Part shown: one piece after another, positions 25,345 through 34,024 of the stretch
Layout: each line of letters starts with the position of its first letter
Numbering within the stretch: position 1 is the first letter of the stretch
Source: an uncultured Actinomycetes bacterium
GTDB taxonomy: Bacteria > Actinomycetota > Thermoleophilia > RBG-16-64-13
Direction: 5' to 3'
DNA length: 36,240 nt
Assembly: GCA_963706025.1 (NCBI GenBank)
Contig: CAVPLM010000022.1
Span: forward strand, 1 to 36,240
Translations under genes and position numbers: made by a program
Notes under the pieces: generated by a model
The model's input: only the letters and a program-made list of their open reading frames with translations
What the model was told of the DNA's origin: nothing
Databases searched by the model: none

Positions 25345-27027
25345 ATGAGGTCTCGACGGAATGCACTGCTGTGCTTCTTGGTGTTCTCCTTGCTCACCGG
25401 CGGGCTTCTCTCGGCCGGCTGTGGATCCGGCCTGGAGAGAGTGCAACTGGAGAGCGGCCCCATCACCGGCGCGTCAGAAGACGTGCAGGGAGCGCAGATC
25501 TCGAGCTTCAAGGGCATTCCTTACGCGGCGCCTCCGGTGGGCGACCTCCGCTGGAAGCCGCCGCAGCCGGTGGCGTCCTGGACGGAGCCCCGGGCTTGTA
25601 CCTCCTTTGGGCCGGCGTGCCCACAACCGGCTCAGACAGAGATGTTCTATCTGGACGTGGGCGCCACCGACGAAGACTGTCTGTATCTGAACGTGTGGTC
25701 GCCGGCAAAGTCGGCCGACGAGCGGCTGTCGGTGATGGTGTGGATCCACGGGGGCAGCTTTGAAACTGGATCGGGATCGATGGAGGTCTACGGGGGGCAG
25801 AACCTGGCTGCCAAGGGAGTGGTGGTGGTCACCATCAACTACCGGTTGGGGCCGCTCGGATTCCTGGCCCACCCTGCTCTTTCGGCCGAATCGGCCCTAG
25901 GGGTGTCGGGCAACTACGGCCTGCTCGACCAGATCGCGGCCCTGCAGTGGGTGAGGAACAACATCGCCGGCTTCGGCGGCGACCCGGCCAACGTGACCGT
26001 CTTCGGCGAATCGGCCGGTGCCATCAGCATCCTGGACCTGCTGGTGAGTCCGTTGGCTGAAGGGCTCTTCGACCGGGCCATCGCTCAGAGCGGCATCCTC
26101 CTCGACTACGGATTCGGGGTGTCTACCACAGGGAGGCTCGAGGGCGCGGAGGCGGCGGGCGAGGCTTTCGCCGAGGGGCTCGGCATCGAAGGGTCGGACG
26201 CGGTCGAAGGTGACGCGGCCGCGCAGATGCGGGCCAAGACCCCGGACGAACTGCTGGCCGCGGCGGCGTTGGTCGGCGAGGACTCCGGCCTCATGGAGCA
26301 GGGCCTTGTCTGGAAGCCCGTGGCCGATGGCTATCTACTACCGGACCTACCGACAAGGCTCTGGACGGCGGGCAAACAGCACGGTGTCCCGTTGCTGATC
26401 GGTTCCAACGCCGACGAAGGCAATGCGTTCACGGCTGGACTCACCGTCTCTCCGGCCGAGTATGAGGCGCAGATGCGGCAGATCTTTGGAGACTACGCGG
26501 ACGAGGCGCTCGCGCTCTACCCCGTCGAGAGCCCCGAGGACATCACCCCCATGTTCAGTCGTATGCTTACCGAGGTCGGCTTCGCTTCCACGGCTCGTTT
26601 CGCGGCCCGAGCCATGAGCGCGCTCGGGGCTGGGACCACCGCACCGGCCGGGTCTACCGGCGAGGCAAGCTCACAGGCGGCTCCGGCGTATCTATATCAG
26701 TTCACGAGGGTCCCGCTCGGCAACGCCTTGGGAGCCTTCCACGGGGTGGAGATCCCATACGTGTTCGGGAACGCCGACCTGTTTGCGGGACTGGGGGAGA
26801 TCGAGCAGATCGACTTCGATCTGTCGGAAGCGATCATGGGCTACTGGACCCGATTCGCGGCCACGGGCGATCCCAACGGCGAGGGCGCGGTCCCCTGGCC
26901 CGCCTACGACGAGCGGTCGGATGAGCACCTCGAACTCGGCGACACGGTTCTGCAGGGCATCCTTCTGTACAAGGAGGCCTGCGACCTGGCCGACCAGGTG
27001 AGAGGGGTCGACCGGGCAGTGGAATAG
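25345..27027 (+). CDS. Type-B carboxylesterase/lipase lipoprotein (alpha/beta hydrolase)
   Basis: Lipobox LSAGC, FKGIPYAAPPVGDLRW, EDCLYLNVW, WIHGG, GESAG nucleophile, GSNADEG, GAFHGVEI. Alternative start GTG25333. Confidence 0.93.
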   Translation: MRSRRNALLCFLVFSLLTGGLLSAGCGSGLERVQLESGPITGASEDVQGAQISSFKGIPYAAPPVGDLRWKPPQPVASWTEPRACTSFGPACPQPAQTEMFYLDVGATDEDCLYLNVWSPAKSADERLSVMVWIHGGSFETGSGSMEVYGGQNLAAKGVVVVTINYRLGPLGFLAHPALSAESALGVSGNYGLLDQIAALQWVRNNIAGFGGDPANVTVFGESAGAISILDLLVSPLAEGLFDRAIAQSGILLDYGFGVSTTGRLEGAEAAGEAFAEGLGIEGSDAVEGDAAAQMRAKTPDELLAAAALVGEDSGLMEQGLVWKPVADGYLLPDLPTRLWTAGKQHGVPLLIGSNADEGNAFTAGLTVSPAEYEAQMRQIFGDYADEALALYPVESPEDITPMFSRMLTEVGFASTARFAARAMSALGAGTTAPAGSTGEASSQAAPAYLYQFTRVPLGNALGAFHGVEIPYVFGNADLFAGLGEIEQIDFDLSEAIMGYWTRFAATGDPNGEGAVPWPAYDERSDEHLELGDTVLQGILLYKEACDLADQVRGVDRAVE

Positions 27028-27084
27028 CGGGAAGGGCGCCGCTAGGACCGCGACGCCCCCTGGGACCGCTCTTTCATGAGACCT

Positions 27085-27939
27085 CTACAGTTTCTTCCCG
27101 CACACCGCGCAGTAGGTCGAATCGGGTGTGACCGCCGACCCACATTGAGAACAGAAGCCGGTGGGAGACGGAGGTAGCTCGACGGGCGAAGTCGCCCCTC
27201 CGGTAGATTCGGAAAGCGAGAAGGGCGGATACCGGTCGGTGATCAGTAGCACCGCGTAAGCTTCGACACGAAGCGTCCAGCGGTTCACGCCCACCACGTA
27301 GTCGAACAAACCGCGGGGATACCTGCCGGTGAAGAGAATTGCGAACCAAGCGATAACCACGCAAAAGGCCGCTCCAATCCACAAGAACGCCAGGACGAAC
27401 CAGTGGGGGATGGCCAGGAACCACTTCACTATCGGCAGCCCGCGACTGAGCCGACTGGCGTCGGGATAGGCGAAATCCAGGTGAACGGCCTGTTCCTCAT
27501 CGGTGGAGGGATACTCGTCACGGAGCAGCGTGGCGTACGCCGCCACGCGCATGAGAAAGCGCGAGAGGTTCAGGTTCCAGTCGAACCACCAGCGCGGGTA
27601 TTTCTTGCGAAAAAGGATCATGAGCAGGAGGGGAAGGAAGAGGATACCCACGGTCGTCCACGACCAGGAGTAGTCCGTGCCCTCGAGGCTGAGGTTTCCG
27701 CTACTGAGAAGGGCCGCGATTACGCCGATGGGAATGATCCAGATGAAGCGGAGCCCGGTGGTGAGCCGGTTCAACGGTCGGTCGGGGTAGTCCACGTTGA
27801 AGGTGAGAGGATATGGGGGCTCCGGGGAATACGGTGGGGTCGGAGCAGGAGCCGGGGGCCCTGCAGCGGGGGGCGCCGTCTCGGCCGGAGTCGGAGAAGC
27901 GGCGGGGGTCGACGGGTATTGGCTTCCGGGTTCTTCCAT
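27085..27939 (-). CDS. DUF4389 membrane protein (two repeats) with a C-terminal double-CxxC zinc ribbon
   Basis: LFRKKYPRWWFDW...AYATLLRDEYP and LFTGRYPRGLFDY...LLITDRYPPF repeats; CSQCG...CAVCG. Confidence 0.85.
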   Translation of the reverse strand: MEEPGSQYPSTPAASPTPAETAPPAAGPPAPAPTPPYSPEPPYPLTFNVDYPDRPLNRLTTGLRFIWIIPIGVIAALLSSGNLSLEGTDYSWSWTTVGILFLPLLLMILFRKKYPRWWFDWNLNLSRFLMRVAAYATLLRDEYPSTDEEQAVHLDFAYPDASRLSRGLPIVKWFLAIPHWFVLAFLWIGAAFCVVIAWFAILFTGRYPRGLFDYVVGVNRWTLRVEAYAVLLITDRYPPFSLSESTGGATSPVELPPSPTGFCSQCGSAVTPDSTYCAVCGKKL

Positions 27940-28048
27940 GGTCCACCTCCATCAGGCGGGGCGCGAAGTCGATGGCTTGATTACCAGAACTCCACCATAG
28001 CAAACCCGTGAACTGGTCGAAGAGCGGCGTGACCGCGCGGGAACTCCT

Positions 28049-28075
28049 TGAATGTGGCTTTGGCCTCCCCGATAA
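28049..28075 (+). promoter_or_regulatory. Second sigma28-like promoter motif
   Basis: TGAA-N15-CCCGATAA, about 180 nt upstream of the DUF1624 gene. Confidence 0.35.
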
Positions 28076-28256
28076 TGAGCGGACGCGCGACAGAAGCCGG
28101 TGCCCGCTCCTCCGCGCCCAAGCCGTTACTTTTCTGGTGACCGACCCCAGGGCTGCGAAGCGCCTGGTCGCATGTGGGGGCCTTCGGCCGTGAACGATGC
28201 TTAGAAGCAGCCCAAATACCGCGACGCATTCCTACCTGCGTTCATATCTGGCGGGT

Positions 28257-29024
28257 ATGCGTGCCAGCGTCTGGCCGGTTTGGAAGCTGCGTTCCGGGCG
28301 CGTGTGGGAAGTCGATGCCTGGCGAGGCATAGCCATCTGCATGATGGTGGTCTACCACCTGATGTGGGATCTGCGGAGCTTGGGCGGATACGATATCGCC
28401 GTCCGCTCCGGCTTCTGGAGCTACTGGCAGGTCGCCACCGCCGGATTGTTCACCATCCTGGTGGGGGTATCCCTGACGCTCAGCTATCAGCGGGAGCGCG
28501 AGCTCCGTCCGACCGGCAGCCTATGGAGCAAGTACGTCATCAGGGGTCTGACCATCTTCACCTGGGGTCTGCTGGTAGGAGTGGCGACCTTCGTGGCTTA
28601 TGGCCCCGATCGGTACGTACGATTCGGCATCCTCCATCTCATCGGTATCTCGATCATTCTTGCGTACCCACTGCTCCGTTTCCGCTGGCTCAATCTCGCT
28701 TTGGGCGTGATCATCATCGGCCTGGGCCCGGTGATGCGGGCCTGGAGACCGGACTTCCCGTGGCTGGAGTGGTTGGCTCCGACCCCAGGTAGCGGGGTGG
28801 ACTACGCTCCTCTGGTCCCCATGTTCGGCCGGGTGTTGATAGGGGTCTTTCTCGGCAATATGCTCTATCCGCGCGGAGTCCGGCGCTACAAGCCCGTGGA
28901 CCTTGCGGACAAACGCTCGGTGAAGGCGCTCAGGCGGATGGGCCAGAACTCGCTGCTGATCTACCTGGTTCACCAGCCCATTCTCCTTGGGATCCTGCTG
29001 CTGCTGGGAGTCATAGACTGGTGA
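28257..29024 (+). CDS. DUF1624 / heparan-alpha-glucosaminide N-acetyltransferase-like membrane protein
   Basis: RVWEVDAWRGIAICMMVVYH, FGILHLIG, VDYAPLVP, GQNSLLIYLVHQP. Confidence 0.88.
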   Translation: MRASVWPVWKLRSGRVWEVDAWRGIAICMMVVYHLMWDLRSLGGYDIAVRSGFWSYWQVATAGLFTILVGVSLTLSYQRERELRPTGSLWSKYVIRGLTIFTWGLLVGVATFVAYGPDRYVRFGILHLIGISIILAYPLLRFRWLNLALGVIIIGLGPVMRAWRPDFPWLEWLAPTPGSGVDYAPLVPMFGRVLIGVFLGNMLYPRGVRRYKPVDLADKRSVKALRRMGQNSLLIYLVHQPILLGILLLLGVIDW

Positions 29025-30025
29025 ATCTTGCCGTGACCATGATCGACGCGACAGAAAAGGGGTTCCGTGAGGCCGGGTTCGGTCACCGGGTGGTGGGTGT
29101 CGAGGTAGTTGGAACCTGAACGAGACTTTCGCGATGCTGCTGGAGCGGGGGCTCCTTTCCGAAAGCCTCTACAAGGAGTACGCCGACAGTCTCCGATTCG
29201 AACCGCCTCCACGAGTGCCGGCGGTGCGCTCGCTGGTGGTCGCCGCCACCCCCTCGCCGCCTGTGAAGGTCCGGTTCCATTTGGCGGACGGTCCGCTGGA
29301 GGCGGTGATCCCCTCCACCTACATCTCCTCGGCCTCTCGGGCTCGGTGTCTGCGATTGCTGGAAGAGGTCCTTGCTCCCGCAGGGTTTCTCGGTGGCCCG
29401 GGTGCCGGTGCCGGTGAAGTTGCTCGCCGTCCGGACCGGATTGGCCGAGTACGGGCGCAACAACATCGCCTACGTGCACGCACTTGGCAGCTTCGTCAGA
29501 CTGGACGCGTTTGCCACCGATGCCGACCTTGTCCCCCCCGGAGAACCCCGTGCCGGGCTCTCGTCTTTCCTGGTGGGGGGGCGCGAACCGGCGTCCGGTC
29601 ACTGGAGCCCTCCCCGGCGCATGGGCAGTTGTGGAGCCTGCCATGCCTGTTACCATGCCTGTCCCACCGGCTGCATCCCCTTTCCCGAGGAGGGGGTGGT
29701 GATCGCGGCCGAGCGCTGCCTCACCTATCTGAACGAGCACGAGGGCGATTGGCCGGATTGGCTGGACCCCACGGCCCACAATTGCCTGGTCGGCTGCATG
29801 CGCTGCCAGCTGGTCTGTCCCGCCAACAAGTACTATCTGAGGCGGGAAGAGGTGGTGGAGGAATTCGACCTCGACGAGACGGAGATCGTTCTCAAGGACC
29901 TCCCGGCGGAAGACCTTCCCGGCTCGGTACTGTCCAAGCTCTCGCGGCTCGACCTGGACGAATACTCCACTGTGTTGGGACGCAATCTGCGGGCGCTCGT
30001 GGGCCAAAACCTCGTTTCGGAATGA
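29021..30025 (+). CDS. QueG/reductive-dehalogenase-like double 4Fe-4S protein, broken by two frameshifts (about 29112 and 29387)
   Basis: Segments MNLAVTMID...VVGVEVV / NLNETFAMLLERGLLSESLYKEY...LAPAGF / SVARVPVPVKLLAVRTGLAEYGRNNI...CGACHACYHACP...RCLTY...CMRCQLVCP; GTG29021 overlaps the upstream stop. Confidence 0.75.
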
Positions 30026-30331
30026 CGCTTTGCCGACAGGGTGCGATCGGCGTCAGTGAGGCGAGGACTAGAGGGAGCGCCCATAGCAGCGCTACGAGCG
30101 CGACTGAAGGACAGATGGATCGCTCCGCCCAGCGCGGAATGAGGCGGCCAAGACTTCATCCTGAAACGAGTTCTAAGGCGCCGCAGCTCGTGACCACCTG
30201 CCGAGGCGGGCGCCGGCGCGGTCTCGGCCAAGGGGCACTGGCTGCCCCGGCGGCGATCGGGTCGGCCACCCTCGCTCGCGCGACGCGGTCAGGGCGAGAG
30301 GATTCACCCCCGACTGGGCGAACTGTCAACC

Positions 30332-32014
30332 ATGTTGACAGAGCAGGCTTTCTCCCCGGGGCACAGAGCGGTGAGCGCGGTTTGTGCGCAGCTTCACCGT
30401 GCCTATCACGACATCCGCTTCTATCCGCCTGGACACCCCACGGTTCGGCAGACTCTAGACTCGCTCGCGGGGATGCTCATTTCTTACGTGGACGAGCGCG
30501 GCACCCTGTTCCTCGAGGTCGCAGAGGAGCAGTTGCTCCATGAGGGCGAGCGGGTCTACTCCTACGAGGCCAGCCGCGACAACCTCGCCTTCCTCATGTT
30601 CCGGGACGGTGTGCGCTCCCTGTCGCTACATCCAGGGCTGGAAGAGGGGGAGATCGAGGCGCTGACCCTCTGCCTCGCCCACGCGGACGATCTGACGGAC
30701 GCCGAGCACGATCTGGTGACGAGATTCTGGGAGCAGGATTTCGTCCATATCGACTACCATGTGGCCGACCCGTTTCTTGGAGGGGAGGTACTGCGCGAGG
30801 GAACGGTCGACGCACTCAGGGAGACGGTGCTCCGCCGACTGGATGAAGTGGCCTTGCCCGACAAGCTCGAGACCGGCGTGCGATCAGGCGATCTCAGGGT
30901 GGTCGAGCCGGCGGAGATCGACGTGCAGAGCCTTGGCCTCAGCGCGCAGGAGATCGAACAGAGCGAGCAGGCCGTTGAAGACCCGTCGAACCTCGTCGAT
31001 GACTTCCTCGTGGTGCTGCTCGAAATAGCCGGGAGATCCTCAGGGGCCTACGATGAGAACGACCCGTTGACCCGCGCTCTGGTCACCGTAGTCGATTCCT
31101 ATATCGACAACCGGAACCTCGAAGGGCTCGAGCGGATCCTCGAGCAACTGCAGCGACTGGAGGCACAAAGACGCTGTCCTGCTGGCTTCCCGGGTCTGGT
31201 GATCGGCCGGGCGGTCACGGCAGAGAGGGTGAGTAGCCTCCTGGCCGGAACCGGCCAGGAGGCGCCCGAGCAGGTCGCCCGAATCGATCGCTTTGTGGCC
31301 ACCGCTCGTCCCTGGATAATCCCGGCCCTTCTCGAGGCATTGGCTGTTACCGAGGACAGGGCTGTGCGAAAAACTCTACTCGTGGTACTCGACACCGGGG
31401 GAGGGGTATCGGGGTCCCATCTGACTCCACTTCTCGAGGACACGCGCTGGTACGTGGTGCGGAACGCCGTCCAGTTGGCAGCGGGCATGCGTGACCCGGA
31501 GCTGGTACGGCCTCTGGAGCGATTGCGGCGTCACCCGGATGTGCGGGTGAGGCGAGAGGTCATGCGCACCTTGGATACCTTCGGAGGGGAGCCCGCGCTA
31601 CAAGTGCTGACCCAAGCCGTGACCGACGAGGACTCGTCGGTACGCACGCTGGCGGCAAGGAGTCTGGGTCGCCACGGCAGGCGGCAACACGAGGCGATCG
31701 TGCTGGCTCAGATCGAGGCACGCGACTTCGACAGCCGGCCCCCGGACGAGATCGAGGCCTTCTTGATCGCCCTCGCCGATCTGGCAAAGGAACGGGCGGT
31801 GCCGGTCCTGGACAGGCTTTGGAGGCGCAAACGCTTCATCGCTCGGCCGACCCCCATGCGTATCGCCGCCCTGAAGGCCTTGGGAACGATCCCTGGACCT
31901 TCCGGCCGGGCGGCGCTATTGGAGGCGGCGAAATCAGGAGAGGCGCAGATCAAGAAGACCGCTTCGCGAGTCCTCCAGGAGGCGCAGTACTCCGGTTGGG
32001 GGAGGCAGCCATGA
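30332..32014 (+). CDS. HEAT-repeat protein
   Basis: N-terminal FYPPGHP and LVTRFWEQDFVHIDY; C-terminal HEAT units DTRWYVVRNAV, HPDVRVRREV, DEDSSVRTLAARSLG. Confidence 0.85.
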   Translation: MLTEQAFSPGHRAVSAVCAQLHRAYHDIRFYPPGHPTVRQTLDSLAGMLISYVDERGTLFLEVAEEQLLHEGERVYSYEASRDNLAFLMFRDGVRSLSLHPGLEEGEIEALTLCLAHADDLTDAEHDLVTRFWEQDFVHIDYHVADPFLGGEVLREGTVDALRETVLRRLDEVALPDKLETGVRSGDLRVVEPAEIDVQSLGLSAQEIEQSEQAVEDPSNLVDDFLVVLLEIAGRSSGAYDENDPLTRALVTVVDSYIDNRNLEGLERILEQLQRLEAQRRCPAGFPGLVIGRAVTAERVSSLLAGTGQEAPEQVARIDRFVATARPWIIPALLEALAVTEDRAVRKTLLVVLDTGGGVSGSHLTPLLEDTRWYVVRNAVQLAAGMRDPELVRPLERLRRHPDVRVRREVMRTLDTFGGEPALQVLTQAVTDEDSSVRTLAARSLGRHGRRQHEAIVLAQIEARDFDSRPPDEIEAFLIALADLAKERAVPVLDRLWRRKRFIARPTPMRIAALKALGTIPGPSGRAALLEAAKSGEAQIKKTASRVLQEAQYSGWGRQP

Positions 32015-33420
32015 ACGAGCGCCTGGAGTCCGTACCTTCGCCCCGTTCCGGCCAGACGCTCGTCATGACTCTGGCTGCGACCATCCGCACTGCCGCATAC
32101 TACGACGCGGACAACGTGGTCATGCAGCAGGCCTGCGCCACCCTGGCTTCGATGCTGGCCGAGCACTGTGGAGAAGAAGGATCGGTCACCGTGGGCGCCC
32201 ACAGTCACTGCGTCTTCGTGGGCAAATCCCGGGTGCGGACGACGGTCTCCACCTATGGGCGCTTCTCCTATCTCGTCCAGCTGTTTGAAGCCTGGGGCGC
32301 CAACACCCTGACATTCGTCCAGGGAGTGACAGAGGAGGAGCTGCTGCAGGTAGCGCTTGTGCTTGCCCGCGAGCGGCCTACGGGGGTAGATGACCTGGCG
32401 GGGATGTTCGGTGCCCGGGGTGTCCACCGGGTGAAGGCAGACATCTTCGTGGGCGGCGCCGCGGCACAAGCTGTCGCTCCGATCGAGGCCTACGCCGCCG
32501 CCATGCAGATGAGTGATGACATGCGCGACGGGACTGATTCCAGCGAGCCCACCCACGTCCGGCGGCTCCGTCACGTGACCCAGGCGGTCGTCGATCAGAT
32601 ACTTCGCGATCCCAGCTCGTTGGTTGCTCTGACCACCATCAAGGATTTCGACCGCTATCTCATCTCGCACTCGACCAATGTGGCGGTGCTCTCCGTGCTG
32701 CTGGGTCAACGTCTTGGGCTGAGCAAGTCCAAGCTGGGAGAGCTCTGTCTCGCCGCTTTCCTCCACGATGCCGGCAAGCTGGAACTGATACCGGACGTCC
32801 TTCACAAGCCGGGAACGCTCGATCTCGAAGAATGGGAGGAGATGCGCCGCCATCCCATTCTGGCAGCGTACGCTCTGTTGGGCAGCGGTCGCTTCACCCC
32901 TTCCACCATGCGGGCGGTGGTGGTCGCATTCGAGCACCATCTCAGACACGACATGAGCGGCTATCCGCCCCTGGTCACGGGTCTCAAAGAAGAAGTGAGC
33001 CTCTTCGGGAGCATCGTTTCGCTCGTCGACTCCTACGATGCTCTGACCACCGCCCGCGTGTACCGAGATTACAATTTCACTCCCCACGAGGCCCTCGGCT
33101 ACCTCCTAGAAAACCGGGGGACTCTCTTCAGTCCGACCCTGGTCAAGTTGTTCGTGGAGATCATGGGTCTTTACCCCCCCGGGACTCTGGTGGAACTCAG
33201 CAGTGGCGACCTCGGCGTGGTGTGCGCGGCTCCCGCACTGGGAACTGCACTGGACCGGCCGAAGGTCCGTCTGGTGGTCGGCGAGGAACCCGGATCGGTG
33301 CTCGACCTGGACGAGCGCATGGGAGGCAAGTTCGTACTGAGCGTCAAGCAGGTGTTGAACCCGGCCAACAGAGGCCAGGTCCCTGCCGTAGACCTCTCCA
33401 TGTTCGAGCCGGCGAACTAG
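32011..33420 (+). CDS. HD-GYP domain protein (putative cyclic dinucleotide phosphodiesterase)
   Basis: HSTNV, LHDAGK, RRHP, EHHLRHDMSGYP, DSYDALTT.R.Y, YPPGTLV; ATG32011 (GGAGG RBS) overlaps the HEAT stop. Confidence 0.92.
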   Translation: MNERLESVPSPRSGQTLVMTLAATIRTAAYYDADNVVMQQACATLASMLAEHCGEEGSVTVGAHSHCVFVGKSRVRTTVSTYGRFSYLVQLFEAWGANTLTFVQGVTEEELLQVALVLARERPTGVDDLAGMFGARGVHRVKADIFVGGAAAQAVAPIEAYAAAMQMSDDMRDGTDSSEPTHVRRLRHVTQAVVDQILRDPSSLVALTTIKDFDRYLISHSTNVAVLSVLLGQRLGLSKSKLGELCLAAFLHDAGKLELIPDVLHKPGTLDLEEWEEMRRHPILAAYALLGSGRFTPSTMRAVVVAFEHHLRHDMSGYPPLVTGLKEEVSLFGSIVSLVDSYDALTTARVYRDYNFTPHEALGYLLENRGTLFSPTLVKLFVEIMGLYPPGTLVELSSGDLGVVCAAPALGTALDRPKVRLVVGEEPGSVLDLDERMGGKFVLSVKQVLNPANRGQVPAVDLSMFEPAN

Positions 33421-33520
33421 GCGACCGTTCCATCACCCGCGTCCATCGATCGGCGCGCGTCGATCAGTACCCGTCGCCGTTCTCGTCGCCCAAGAAGCGA
33501 CGGCCGTCACCGGCCGCGGC

Positions 33521-34024
33521 TCAAGAACTGGTGGCCAGCCGCTCGGCCGCCTTTCTCTCCACGTCCTGGTTTAGAGTATTGGGGTCGCCCTGGCGGAGCG
33601 CCTTGGTGGGGCAGACGCGCACGCAGGCCGGTTCCAGACCGTTCTCGAGCCTGATACTGCACAGGTCGCACTTCTGCATGGTCCCGTCCTTACCGAAGCG
33701 GGGCACCCCGAAGGGGCAGGCGATGGAGCAGCTGTGACAGCCGATACACAGCTCGGCGCTGACCTTCACCACCCGGGTGCCCGCCTCTCTGGCGATGGCG
33801 CCCGTGGGGCAGGCCATGAGACAAGGGGCATCTTCGCAGTGCATGCAGGCGAGAGAGATGTAGCGCAGCCGGGCTTCGGCGCCCGCTCCCGTCTCGACCG
33901 TGAACACCTGGCGCCAGGCAGTGGGCTCGGGACCGACCTCCAGATCGTTCTGATCCATGCAGGCCACGGCGCAGGCGAAGCAGCCGGTGCAGCGGTCGAC
34001 ATCGAGATAGAAGGCGTGGCTCAC
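33521..34024 (-). CDS. 4Fe-4S dicluster electron-transfer subunit (DmsB/NrfC family)
   Basis: CTGCFACAVAC, CMHCEDAPCLMACP, CIGCHSCSIACPFG, KCDLC...PACVRVCPT; GTGA-coupled to the upstream gene. Confidence 0.93.
   Translation of the reverse strand: MSHAFYLDVDRCTGCFACAVACMDQNDLEVGPEPTAWRQVFTVETGAGAEARLRYISLACMHCEDAPCLMACPTGAIAREAGTRVVKVSAELCIGCHSCSIACPFGVPRFGKDGTMQKCDLCSIRLENGLEPACVRVCPTKALRQGDPNTLNQDVERKAAERLATSS

Noticed and set aside
27997-28045. c-di-GMP-I riboswitch (TAGCAAACCC...)
   Set aside because: Lacks the GNRA-capped P2 and the GACGCAAAGC core.
28008-28193. 61-aa small ORF in the DUF4389/DUF1624 spacer
   Set aside because: No RBS, no recognisable motif and atypical codon pattern; cannot be supported.
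29117-29119. TGA as a second selenocysteine codon
   Set aside because: Read-through in that frame gives non-family sequence and another TGA; a frameshift explains it better, and no hairpin is evident.
29134-30543. 469-aa ORF as a single protein
   Set aside because: Only the first ~85 codons look genuine (middle of the QueG-like gene); the rest is off-frame Arg/Pro/Gly-rich read-through.
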